This document shows positions 1 through 9,422 of a stretch of DNA of 32,000 nucleotides, piece by piece. The first letter of the stretch is position 1; every line of letters begins with the position of its first letter. Made by a program: the position numbers and the translations under genes. The stretch is from an archaeon. GTDB taxonomy: Archaea; Asgardarchaeota; Thorarchaeia; Thorarchaeales; Thorarchaeaceae. Location: assembly GCA_024275415.1 (NCBI GenBank), contig JAJRZD010000049.1, positions 17,614 to 49,613 on the forward strand. The letters are read 5' to 3'. The notes under the pieces were generated by a model. The model had not been told where the DNA came from. It worked only from the letters and a program-made list of their open reading frames with translations, and did not search any database.

Positions 1-2
1 CA

Positions 3-398
3 GCGTTCTTTATCTTTCTAGAGATTCTTGCAGAGATAGATGATGCGCCTAGAAAAATAGGTTCTGAACCCCCTCCCAACGTCGATGAAGCTACTACTCG
101 AATAATTGAGCTCACGACTACATTAGTTTCTCTGATTTGCGAATGGGGTGAAACCGGAATTATAGGCGTGTCCAAGGAGTGCGCTCCCTCACTATATGAC
201 CTTGCTCGAACAGTGTTCAGAAAGACGAAGCTGCTTCAATCTGGAATGTGGACATGCGTATCGTGTGGGAAAATTGTCAACGTCAGCGAAACGAGGTCTC
301 TATTGTGTCCGGCATGCAACTCGGAGATTGTTAATGGCTCCCCACAGATCTTTGATGATAAGGCTAGAGATCGAACAGGATATGGCCAACTGAATTGA
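3..398 (+). CDS. Hypothetical protein, 5'-truncated by the window edge, with a C-terminal zinc ribbon
   Basis: The frame of track ORF 168..398 stays open back to position 3 (AFFIFLEILAEIDD...). It contains CVSC-x14-CPAC near the C-terminus. Confidence 0.75.
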   Translation, partial: AFFIFLEILAEIDDAPRKIGSEPPPNVDEATTRIIELTTTLVSLICEWGETGIIGVSKECAPSLYDLARTVFRKTKLLQSGMWTCVSCGKIVNVSETRSLLCPACNSEIVNGSPQIFDDKARDRTGYGQLN

Positions 399-413
399 GA
401 TGAATAGTATCGT

Positions 414-1055
414 TTACATTGACAGATGGAAATCCAATCCCTGCTGGAGCATCTGCATCGTGGTTTCTATCTGTGAATCTGCAATTGTCAGGCTGGGATG
501 CTGGTCGACGAGATTCTCCGCAGATATGTGTTCTATAAAGAGAATGACAATGTCTATGTTTGCTGCTGCTCCTATGCTTACCATGGGTGCTGTCAGCCCG
601 TCATAGAATTCGCTGTTTCCACTTGGGATGTCCATTCTTCTGAGAAGGTTCTCACCTTTCTTTGAAAAAGCCTGGCCTACAGTCGGGCCATCATATGGTT
701 GAAGGCCAATGAGGAATCTCATAGGGACGGTTCCCCTCAGGAAAAACAACAAATCCGTCACCCATTCGTAGTCTTTGACAAACACATCTCCGAAGACAAG
801 CATCAGCTCGTCAGAAACCATCGCTTGGACTGGGATTACTGGTGGTTTTGTTTCTGCCCTGTATGTACTCAATATCCTGAATGCAGGAGAATCGAAGATA
901 AACACCGGCTCGAATGGAGCCCTTTCATACAAACGCCGACAGATGGCCTGCCCTAACGGGTTCAAACCAAGTATCACTGCATGTTGTTCGGTTATCTTCC
1001 GTTTCTTGTACACCTCTAATATTGGAGAGATCCATTCTTGTTCGAAGGTCGTCAA
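414..1055 (-). CDS. Divergent PAC2/proteasome-assembly-chaperone-like (PNP-fold) protein
   Basis: 213-aa ORF with a TTG start. The pattern VILGLNPLGQAICRRL...FIFDSPAF...LMLVFGD...DGLTAPMV resembles PAC2/PbaA-family proteins. Recognised by eye only. Confidence 0.5.
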   Translation of the reverse strand: MTTFEQEWISPILEVYKKRKITEQHAVILGLNPLGQAICRRLYERAPFEPVFIFDSPAFRILSTYRAETKPPVIPVQAMVSDELMLVFGDVFVKDYEWVTDLLFFLRGTVPMRFLIGLQPYDGPTVGQAFSKKGENLLRRMDIPSGNSEFYDGLTAPMVSIGAAANIDIVILFIEHISAENLVDQHPSLTIADSQIETTMQMLQQGLDFHLSM

Positions 1056-1125
1056 TCATACTCGCCCTCTTTGGTTTCTTGTCCATGCTCTCGTTGATGG
1101 CAGGTAATGATGACACCCCCCCTGA

Positions 1126-2673
<1,548 letters not shown>

Positions 2674-2684
2674 CCTAGAATTTT

Positions 2685-2728
2685 AGGATTCATTCCAAAC
2701 GGAGTGAATCCTGTTCTCTTCTTTTTTG
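2685..2728. terminator. Hairpin plus T-tract between convergent genes
   Basis: AGGATTCATTCC-AAAC-GGAGTGAATCCT (2685-2712; 12-bp stem with one G-U) followed by GTTCTCTTCTTTTTT, 11 nt after the gdhA stop. Confidence 0.6.
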
Positions 2729-2741
2729 TAACTAAAATTCG

Positions 2742-3371
2742 TCATCCACGGATAATATCAAGCAGTTCTCCAAGTCTTTTCTTCACATCACTTTCAACGA
2801 TACTTAACTCAGCAAGTCCACGAATCTGTTCGACTCTTCTCTTACTGAACTCCTCATTGGATATCTTGCCTGCCTTCCGTAGTACTTCAAGTTTATCCAT
2901 TTCTGTGTTGATTTCTCTTCTTCTATTTCGCACCAGGTCGAAACCCTGTTTCAAGGACATCCATTCTATCATCGCATTCGTTCGCTCTTGCTCTATCTTC
3001 TCTTTCCTGATGCGTTCTTCGTCCATCTGTTTCAATTCTTTGTTTGCCTTTCGTATCTCCTTTTGAATCTCGAACAGTCGCGATTCGACTTCCCTCTTGA
3101 CCCGTACGAGCTGGGTAGACATCTGCCAACTCTTGTGGTACTCGTTCAGATGTTCTTTTTCGCTAATCTCTTTTCTCGCAAGTCTTTTGTCCAATTCATT
3201 CAGCTCTTCTTGGACTTTTGCAAGCTGTGACTTGACCTCTGCATATGACTTTCTCAGTGCGACCCATTCCACTGAGAACTGTGAGAGTACCTCCTTAGGA
3301 TCCATATAATATGGGTCATCCTCAGCCCGAGGTCTATCGGTTCCATGGCTCATGGGGTTTCTTACCTCCAT
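2742..3371 (-). CDS. Coiled-coil protein with two internal helical-hairpin repeats
   Basis: 209-aa, charge-rich heptad ORF. Residues 35-102 align without gaps to 136-203 (EWxxL...EISE / EWxxL...KISN). Confidence 0.85.
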   Translation of the reverse strand: MEVRNPMSHGTDRPRAEDDPYYMDPKEVLSQFSVEWVALRKSYAEVKSQLAKVQEELNELDKRLARKEISEKEHLNEYHKSWQMSTQLVRVKREVESRLFEIQKEIRKANKELKQMDEERIRKEKIEQERTNAMIEWMSLKQGFDLVRNRRREINTEMDKLEVLRKAGKISNEEFSKRRVEQIRGLAELSIVESDVKKRLGELLDIIRG

Positions 3372-3472
3372 CCTGTCGATTTCATGTATGGTAGGGACTT
3401 AAGGATTTGGAGCTTGTACTTGTAAACTATCAGCTTAAAAGGTAGATTGGCAACTAATGAAACTGTGTCAAA

Positions 3473-4549
3473 ATGCATTTAGAGATTGAGCCAGTACCAT
3501 CTAGCTTTCGTAAGGCGATTCCCCATGATGTGTTGAATCTGGCATTTGGCTCCGTCTTCACGGATCATATGTTCACCATGCAGTATTCCGGGGGGATTTG
3601 GCACAGTGCCAAGATTGAGCCCTATCACCCTTTGCTCATCGACCCCGCTGCTTTAGTGCTTCATTATGGTCAGGGCATCTTCGAAGGTCTGAAAGCATAT
3701 AGGCGGGGAGAACGAATCTTCCTATTTCGGCCAAGGATGAACCTTGAACGGATGAACAGATCCGCAGAGCGAATGGTAATGCCCCAAATTAATTCAGACT
3801 TTGTTCTTTCCTCGCTTGAGCAGCTCCTGACTATCGAAAAAGAATGGATTCCAACTCAGAACGGAACGTCACTTTACATCCGTCCTACAATGATAGCAAC
3901 GGAGCCCAAGCTGGGAGTCAAACCCTCTGATGACTACCTATTCTTTATTCTTCTAAGTCCCGTAGGACCCTATTTCAAAGAAGGATTTCGCCCTGTGGGA
4001 ATATATGTGGCTGACCAACACGTACGTGCGGCCGAAGGGGGTACCGGTCAAGCAAAGACTATTGGCAACTATGCCGCATCACTGCTTGCAAGCACCATTG
4101 CCAAACAAGCCGGGTATTCCCAAGTACTATGGCTAGATGCAAAAGAACGCAGATATTTGGAAGAGGTGGGGACGATGAACATATTCGTGGTCTTTGACGA
4201 TGAGATTGTCACCCCTCCTCTGAGAGGAACAATCCTCCCGGGCATAACCCGTGATTCTGTTTTGACACTGCTCAAACATTGGGGATATACTGCCACTGAG
4301 CGACTCCTATCTATTGAGGAGGTTCTAGATGGACTAACCTCCGGAAAAATCAAAGAGATCTTTGGCTGTGGCACTGCTGCAATTATCGCCCCTGTTGGTA
4401 GGCTACACTACCAAGATAAGACCTACACAATTGCTAGCGAGTCAATTGGCCCGTTATCGCAACGTCTTTTTGACGAGTTGACTGGCATCCAGTGTGGTGA
4501 GCGTGACGACCCCTTTGGTTGGGTTCGGGTCGTGAATGAGAGCGGCTGA
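3473..4549 (+). CDS. ilvE: Branched-chain amino acid aminotransferase (PLP fold IV)
   Basis: Motifs FGSVFTDHM, LHYGQGIFEGLKAY, LYIRP, AKTIGNYA (PLP lysine), EEVGTMNIF, ILPGITRDS and GCGTAAII are present. Confidence 0.95.
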   Translation: MHLEIEPVPSSFRKAIPHDVLNLAFGSVFTDHMFTMQYSGGIWHSAKIEPYHPLLIDPAALVLHYGQGIFEGLKAYRRGERIFLFRPRMNLERMNRSAERMVMPQINSDFVLSSLEQLLTIEKEWIPTQNGTSLYIRPTMIATEPKLGVKPSDDYLFFILLSPVGPYFKEGFRPVGIYVADQHVRAAEGGTGQAKTIGNYAASLLASTIAKQAGYSQVLWLDAKERRYLEEVGTMNIFVVFDDEIVTPPLRGTILPGITRDSVLTLLKHWGYTATERLLSIEEVLDGLTSGKIKEIFGCGTAAIIAPVGRLHYQDKTYTIASESIGPLSQRLFDELTGIQCGERDDPFGWVRVVNESG

Positions 4550-4556
4550 CCCGATG

Positions 4557-5012
4557 TTAGTACAAGTCCTCAGAAGACCTCTTCTCGACATCCGATTCTG
4601 GAGGAGAGATTTCATCAAGGGATTCCCATGACGGAGGATCTAAATATGCCTCTGATGGTATCGCAGGTTTCTCAAAGCTAGTGTCTTCAGGTATGGGTTC
4701 AGATAGGATGTCATCGGTCGTTGTTGGTTCTTCTGTGCTGTCTTTTGTTGTTCCAGAGAGATCAGTGCTGTCTTCTTCCTCTTCAAATTCTTCTTCCTCT
4801 TCTTCTTCCTCCTCTTCTTCATATTCCATGAGTCGAAGGGTGGCTACGAGTTTTCCTTGTTCTATCTTTTCAAGAAGTAGTCTGAACATTCTTTCTACGA
4901 CCAAGCTTTTTCCTTTTGCCTCGAACTCGATATTGCCAATCTCGAATTCGACCTCTGCATAATCGATTTTGTCCTTCTTCTTTTTGTCTGATGTGTTTTC
5001 TTTCTCGGTCAT
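4557..5012 (-). CDS. Hypothetical protein with a small folded N-terminal domain and a long acidic disordered tail
   Basis: ATG at 5012 is preceded by a G-rich SD-like GAGGGCGGG. 151 aa: beta-hairpin/helix segment EVEFEIGNIEFEAKGKSLVVERMFRLLLEKI, then poly-Glu and an S/T/P/E/D tail. Confidence 0.75.
   Translation of the reverse strand: MTEKENTSDKKKKDKIDYAEVEFEIGNIEFEAKGKSLVVERMFRLLLEKIEQGKLVATLRLMEYEEEEEEEEEEEFEEEEDSTDLSGTTKDSTEEPTTTDDILSEPIPEDTSFEKPAIPSEAYLDPPSWESLDEISPPESDVEKRSSEDLY
4773..4820 (-). repeat. GAA/GAG codon run encoding EEEEEEEEEEE-F-EEEE
   Basis: (TTC/CTC)n on the + strand: 11 Glu codons, one Phe codon, 4 Glu codons. Confidence 0.9.
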
Positions 5013-5121
5013 GCAATTACCCGCCCTCGATACTATCTCGGAAGTTAATAAACACTTCACATAGATGCTCGTGTGTCCCAAAGCTTTTAGAATGATTCAG
5101 GTGTAGAGCATATCCTCGAAG

Positions 5122-5631
5122 GTGCAAGCATTGCCATCTCGTCTCTCAGTCGATTATACCAAATGTACAGGATGCCGAATCTGCGAGCTAGCGTGTTCAG
5201 CAAAGAACGAAGGAAGATTTCAGCCCAGCATTGCTCGTCTTAAGATTGTGAAATATGATGATCTAGGACTGGACATCCCACACGTATGCAGCCCCTGCGA
5301 AGAGGCTCCCTGTGTGGAGATATGCCCCGTGTATGCAATGCGGCAGGATCCAATAAGCAAGATGACCTATCTTGATGAGGACAAGTGTATCCTGTGTAAG
5401 TCTTGTGTGGGAGTATGTGTGAATGGCGTGATACTCCTTGACACAGTAAGGATGCGCATCATCAAGTGCGACCATTGTGATGGAGATCCTGAGTGTGCAA
5501 AGGTCTGCCCTACTGGTGCTATCCATTACGGATCAATCAGCAAACTGACGACAATTGAACGACACGCCAAAATAGGCACCTATCTGGACGAAATAAAACG
5601 AGTCGCTGAGAAATCCACTGGAGAGGCGTGA
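5122..5631 (+). CDS. DmsB/HycB/CooF-type 4x[4Fe-4S] electron-transfer subunit
   Basis: Four Cys clusters: CTGCRICELAC, CSPCEEAPCVEICP, CILCKSCVGVC and CDHCDGDPECAKVCP. It abuts the AOR gene. Confidence 0.92.
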   Translation: MQALPSRLSVDYTKCTGCRICELACSAKNEGRFQPSIARLKIVKYDDLGLDIPHVCSPCEEAPCVEICPVYAMRQDPISKMTYLDEDKCILCKSCVGVCVNGVILLDTVRMRIIKCDHCDGDPECAKVCPTGAIHYGSISKLTTIERHAKIGTYLDEIKRVAEKSTGEA

Positions 5632-5632
5632 T

Positions 5633-7507
5633 TTGGTGAATGGTGGGTATACTGGCAAGATTCTACGGGTTGATTTGACCAAGGGCGATTTCAAGGTCGA
5701 GAGCCTTCCAACAGAGTGGGTTCTCAAGTACATTGGGGGAGATGGCTTTGCAGCTCGTCTGCTCTACGACGAGGTTCCTGCAAGGACAGATCCTCTGAGT
5801 CCCGAGAACAAGCTTCTCATTGCGACCGGCCCCATTACAGGCACATTGTGGCCGATGAGTGGTAGAACTGTCTTTGTTTCAAAGGCTGCCCAGACTGGGA
5901 TTTGGGGTGAAAGCCATGTTGGAGGATTTCTTGGCCCAGAGTTGAAATATGCTGGATATGATATGCTAGTAGTAGAAGGTCGTTCAGAGAATCCGGTTCA
6001 TATCTCAATCCATGATGGCGATTTGGAACTGATTGATGCAACTCCACACTGGGGGATGAGAACCGATGAGGTCACAGCAGCCATGCGAAAACACCATAAT
6101 GATCCTGACGTCCAAGTGGGCGCCATCGGCCCTGCTGGAGAACAACTTGTCCGATTTGCCTCAGTCATAGTGAACAATGCTAGAGCAGCTGGGCGGACAG
6201 GGATGGGTGCTGTCTTGGGCTCGAAGAATGTGAAAACCATATCCATTCGAGGACATGGGTCGGTGGAAGTTGCTGAACATGAGGAGTTCTTCAAGCTTGC
6301 AAAGAAGGCTCATCAAAAGGTTCGTCAAAATCCCCAGGCTCGTGAGATGGGTAAATGGGGTACATGGATTCTTACCGCTGTGAAACAGGAGATTGGCGAA
6401 CTTCCCACATTTAACCACCGGACTGGCGTCTTCTCTGGATGGGAATCTCTCAGTGGGGAGTATATCCGCCCTAGGTTCACAGTCAGTGACCGAGCATGTT
6501 TTGGTTGCTCTCTGGGATGCAAGAAGATGAACTACATCCCTGATGGGCCATATGCCGGCACGCTCGAAGAGGGGCCAGAATACGAAGGTCTGATGGCATT
6601 TGGCAGTCTGCTTGGAATTGACGACTATCCTACAACTCTCAAGGCGAATCAGATTTGCAACAAGTACGGGATGGATATAATCTCAGTTGGATCTACAATC
6701 GCTTTTGCAATGGAATGCTACGAGAATGGCATCATCGACGACTCGGATACCGGTGGTGTTCCACTTGAATGGGGAAATACGGAGTCCGCAATCAAGATTC
6801 TTCAGATGATTGCTTCTCGTGAAGGATTCGGTGACATACTTGCAGAAGGGAGCAAGATTGCATCCGAAAAGATTGGAAAAGGTTCTGAGGCGTACGCGAT
6901 ACATGTCAAAGGACTGGAGGTTTCTGGACAAGACGGTCGCACTCATCGTAGCATTGGGCTCTCACATGCAACATCAGCCAGAGGTGCGGATCATCTGAGG
7001 TCTCTGGTCGTCGTCGATCAGCTCGGTTATGAGAAGGTCGCGGCTGAACGCTGGGGTGTAGACAAGCTGCCTGAGATTCTCAATCCCTATACTGAACAGT
7101 ACAAGGCTACTGCTGTTGTCGAAACTGAGAACACATATTGCATCCGAGACACACTCATTGTCTGTTGGTACTCTGTATCGTGGCCCCCAGTATTCTGGAT
7201 GAGTGACTTTGCGGAGATGCTGCCTCTGGCAACTGGCATAGATGCGTTTGGCGATGTCACTACACTGGTTGAGATCGGTGAGCGTCAACTTAATCTGAAA
7301 CGGCTGTTCAATGCTCGGGAAGGGATTACTCGAAAGGATGATCAACTCCCAAAGCGGTTCACTCACGAGCCGATGCCTGAAGGACCTGGGAAGGGACAGG
7401 TGGTTGACCTAGAATCGCTTCTTGATGATTACTATAGGCTCCGGGGCTGGGATCCCGAAACAGGTTTGCCCACAAAAGAAACCCTGCGACGCTTGTCACT
7501 TGAATGA
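5633..7507 (+). CDS. aor: Tungsten-dependent aldehyde:ferredoxin oxidoreductase family protein (AOR/WOR)
   Basis: Motifs GKILRVDL, GGDG, ELKYAGYD, AAGRTGMGAVLGSKN, CFGCSLGC, GPEYE, CNKYGMD and RGADH are present; 624 aa. Confidence 0.93.
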   Translation: MVNGGYTGKILRVDLTKGDFKVESLPTEWVLKYIGGDGFAARLLYDEVPARTDPLSPENKLLIATGPITGTLWPMSGRTVFVSKAAQTGIWGESHVGGFLGPELKYAGYDMLVVEGRSENPVHISIHDGDLELIDATPHWGMRTDEVTAAMRKHHNDPDVQVGAIGPAGEQLVRFASVIVNNARAAGRTGMGAVLGSKNVKTISIRGHGSVEVAEHEEFFKLAKKAHQKVRQNPQAREMGKWGTWILTAVKQEIGELPTFNHRTGVFSGWESLSGEYIRPRFTVSDRACFGCSLGCKKMNYIPDGPYAGTLEEGPEYEGLMAFGSLLGIDDYPTTLKANQICNKYGMDIISVGSTIAFAMECYENGIIDDSDTGGVPLEWGNTESAIKILQMIASREGFGDILAEGSKIASEKIGKGSEAYAIHVKGLEVSGQDGRTHRSIGLSHATSARGADHLRSLVVVDQLGYEKVAAERWGVDKLPEILNPYTEQYKATAVVETENTYCIRDTLIVCWYSVSWPPVFWMSDFAEMLPLATGIDAFGDVTTLVEIGERQLNLKRLFNAREGITRKDDQLPKRFTHEPMPEGPGKGQVVDLESLLDDYYRLRGWDPETGLPTKETLRRLSLE

Positions 7508-7514
7508 GCGACTG

Positions 7515-7748
7515 TCAGAGCAATCGTTCCTTGTCAGCCGTTCTTGGGATTGACACGTACAGGACGTCCTCATATCCCAAAATGCCATATCCTGATGGAT
7601 TCTCGAGTCTGACCATGTCATCATATGCTTCGCTGACTCGCACATTGGGTATTTTTGCTAACGTATCCTTTTGCATATAGCGTAAATAGACAGTGAAGAT
7701 CTGCCCGGTCTGCTTCAAGTTGTTGAAAATGGCTTTCCAATCAGGCAT
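7515..7748 (-). CDS. Small beta-barrel protein, possibly Sm/Hfq- or SH3-like
   Basis: GGAG SD before the ATG at 7748 (MPDWKAIF). 77 aa, one helix then beta-strands (FTVYLRY, VRVSEAYDDMVRL, GILGYEDVLYVSI). Confidence 0.65.
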   Translation of the reverse strand: MPDWKAIFNNLKQTGQIFTVYLRYMQKDTLAKIPNVRVSEAYDDMVRLENPSGYGILGYEDVLYVSIPRTADKERLL

Positions 7749-7804
7749 CCATGTATCTCTCCTGTGTATATCTACGGAACTATATGAATGCATTTAACAG
7801 TTGT

Positions 7805-8284
7805 CTATTGTGTAATGTCAAAATCATTAGGTTTTGTCTGCGAGTACAATATTGGTTCCAACCCCATTGCAATGAATGTGTTTCGTACAATCTTCAGTGG
7901 GCTCTCACCCAGCTGGTGCATTACAATATGTGAAGTACATCCTTTCTTGCAATCCGAGGAGCCGAACCCTTTTGGCCCGTATTCGAATTGACCAGAGGCA
8001 AGTAATTGTGAAACTACCTCGCATTCCCTGTTTCGTTCTGATGTGGACCAGATCGCATCAAGCAGAGTTACGTTCTCTCTAAGCAAGTAATCGATGTGCC
8101 AATGACTCTTCTTATCAGACCTGAAATGACGAGATAACCTGTTCGCAAGGTTGGTCGCTGTGGTTCCTAGTGCCGAGCCGACATACACCCAGAACCCCTG
8201 CTCGAAAACATCTTTCCTCTTGGCCCCGACATTCACGGCTGTGGTTTTTGGCATCTCGATGATGAGCGTATATACACCTTTCAT
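7805..8284 (-). CDS. DUF123 / GIY-YIG (Uri) superfamily nuclease
   Basis: Motifs KGVYTL, YVGSALG, RLSRH, HWHIDYL, ECE and GFGSSDCKKGCTSH are present. Confidence 0.88.
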   Translation of the reverse strand: MKGVYTLIIEMPKTTAVNVGAKRKDVFEQGFWVYVGSALGTTATNLANRLSRHFRSDKKSHWHIDYLLRENVTLLDAIWSTSERNRECEVVSQLLASGQFEYGPKGFGSSDCKKGCTSHIVMHQLGESPLKIVRNTFIAMGLEPILYSQTKPNDFDITQ

Positions 8285-8345
8285 TCGACTAACATCTCTT
8301 TCGTGACATCAACTTCAACTTGCGATATTATCATAAGGTCTTTGG

Positions 8346-9308
8346 ATGATAACAAAATTGACAATGTATGGTAGTGAGATTATCCCCGGAATCTATGTCG
8401 TCAAGGGAAAGTTTGCTGACGAGTTTGGCTTCATTTCAAGTTACGTCATTGTAGATGGGGACACTGCGGCAGTAATCGACCCGGGGACAGCTGGTGACCC
8501 TGGAAAAGACACGTTGGAATTTGTAAAGCACCTTGGTCTGAATCCCAAGAGTGACATCACAACCATCCTTTGCACTCACGGTCATCCTGACCATATCGGA
8601 GGGGCGGGGATTTTGAAGAAGGCTACTGGTGCTTCGATCATGATTCACGAAGATGATGCAGTCCTTCTATCCAATCCTTCCGAGTTCATTGACTCCCGAT
8701 TGAAGCTGACCTTTGCAGGACGGATGGCGATGAAGGTCGATAGGGGTCCGCTCCGTGTGAACTACCGTCCAGTTGATCCTGACAGATTACTTGATCGTGG
8801 TGATACGATCAGGATTGGTGATGTGTCCTTGAGAGTCATCCATACCGGAGGGCATTCTGCTGGACATTGTGTCTTTTATGACTCGGCTAGGAAGGTGTTG
8901 TTCTCGGGTGATGAAGTGAACAATTTCCCAAATGACCCCCGAAAGTTCTATATCGACCTTAGTGGGAGTCTGGCAATCCGCCGCTCATCGTTGGAATCGC
9001 TTCAGAAACTAGACATCGAATTTCTACTTCCTTCTCATGATGTGTCCCACATGATGGGAGAGGTCAGTCTGCAATTCCGAGAGGCTGCTGATGCAATATT
9101 ACAATTCCAAGACAATGTCCTCAGTCATCTATCAGCGCGAGGGTCAGCAGATTTGGAACAGCTTGTTTTTGACATTCAACAAGCACGGAGTATACCTATC
9201 CCTACTGACGCCTATTCACTGTTCACCACAACACTTGAGGCATGTCTTCAGGACTTAGCTCGTGCCGGTCTGATTAGGTGCAATGAAGGGATTTGGAACC
9301 CCATCTGA
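8346..9308 (+). CDS. Metallo-beta-lactamase-fold hydrolase with a C-terminal winged-helix-like extension
   Basis: Motifs IDPG, THGHPDHIGG, TGGHSAGH, LFSGD and LPSH are present. The tail GSADLEQLV...LQDLARAGLI resembles a wHTH. The start may be the ATG at 8364. Confidence 0.9.
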   Translation: MITKLTMYGSEIIPGIYVVKGKFADEFGFISSYVIVDGDTAAVIDPGTAGDPGKDTLEFVKHLGLNPKSDITTILCTHGHPDHIGGAGILKKATGASIMIHEDDAVLLSNPSEFIDSRLKLTFAGRMAMKVDRGPLRVNYRPVDPDRLLDRGDTIRIGDVSLRVIHTGGHSAGHCVFYDSARKVLFSGDEVNNFPNDPRKFYIDLSGSLAIRRSSLESLQKLDIEFLLPSHDVSHMMGEVSLQFREAADAILQFQDNVLSHLSARGSADLEQLVFDIQQARSIPIPTDAYSLFTTTLEACLQDLARAGLIRCNEGIWNPI

Positions 9309-9422
9309 TTACTACGTTCCAGCTATATTCAAAAAGCGGTATCGCTATTGTTATTCTCCCAGCTCAGTTCGTACTTAACGAGCTACACGGACTGTCCCAC
9401 GATTCTTGAGAGGGATTTTGAG

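Noticed and set aside
7805-8284. GIY-YIG gene as a homing endonuclease or mobile element
   Set aside because: It has the DUF123 signature common in archaeal chromosomes, and no intron, intein or flanking repeats are visible.
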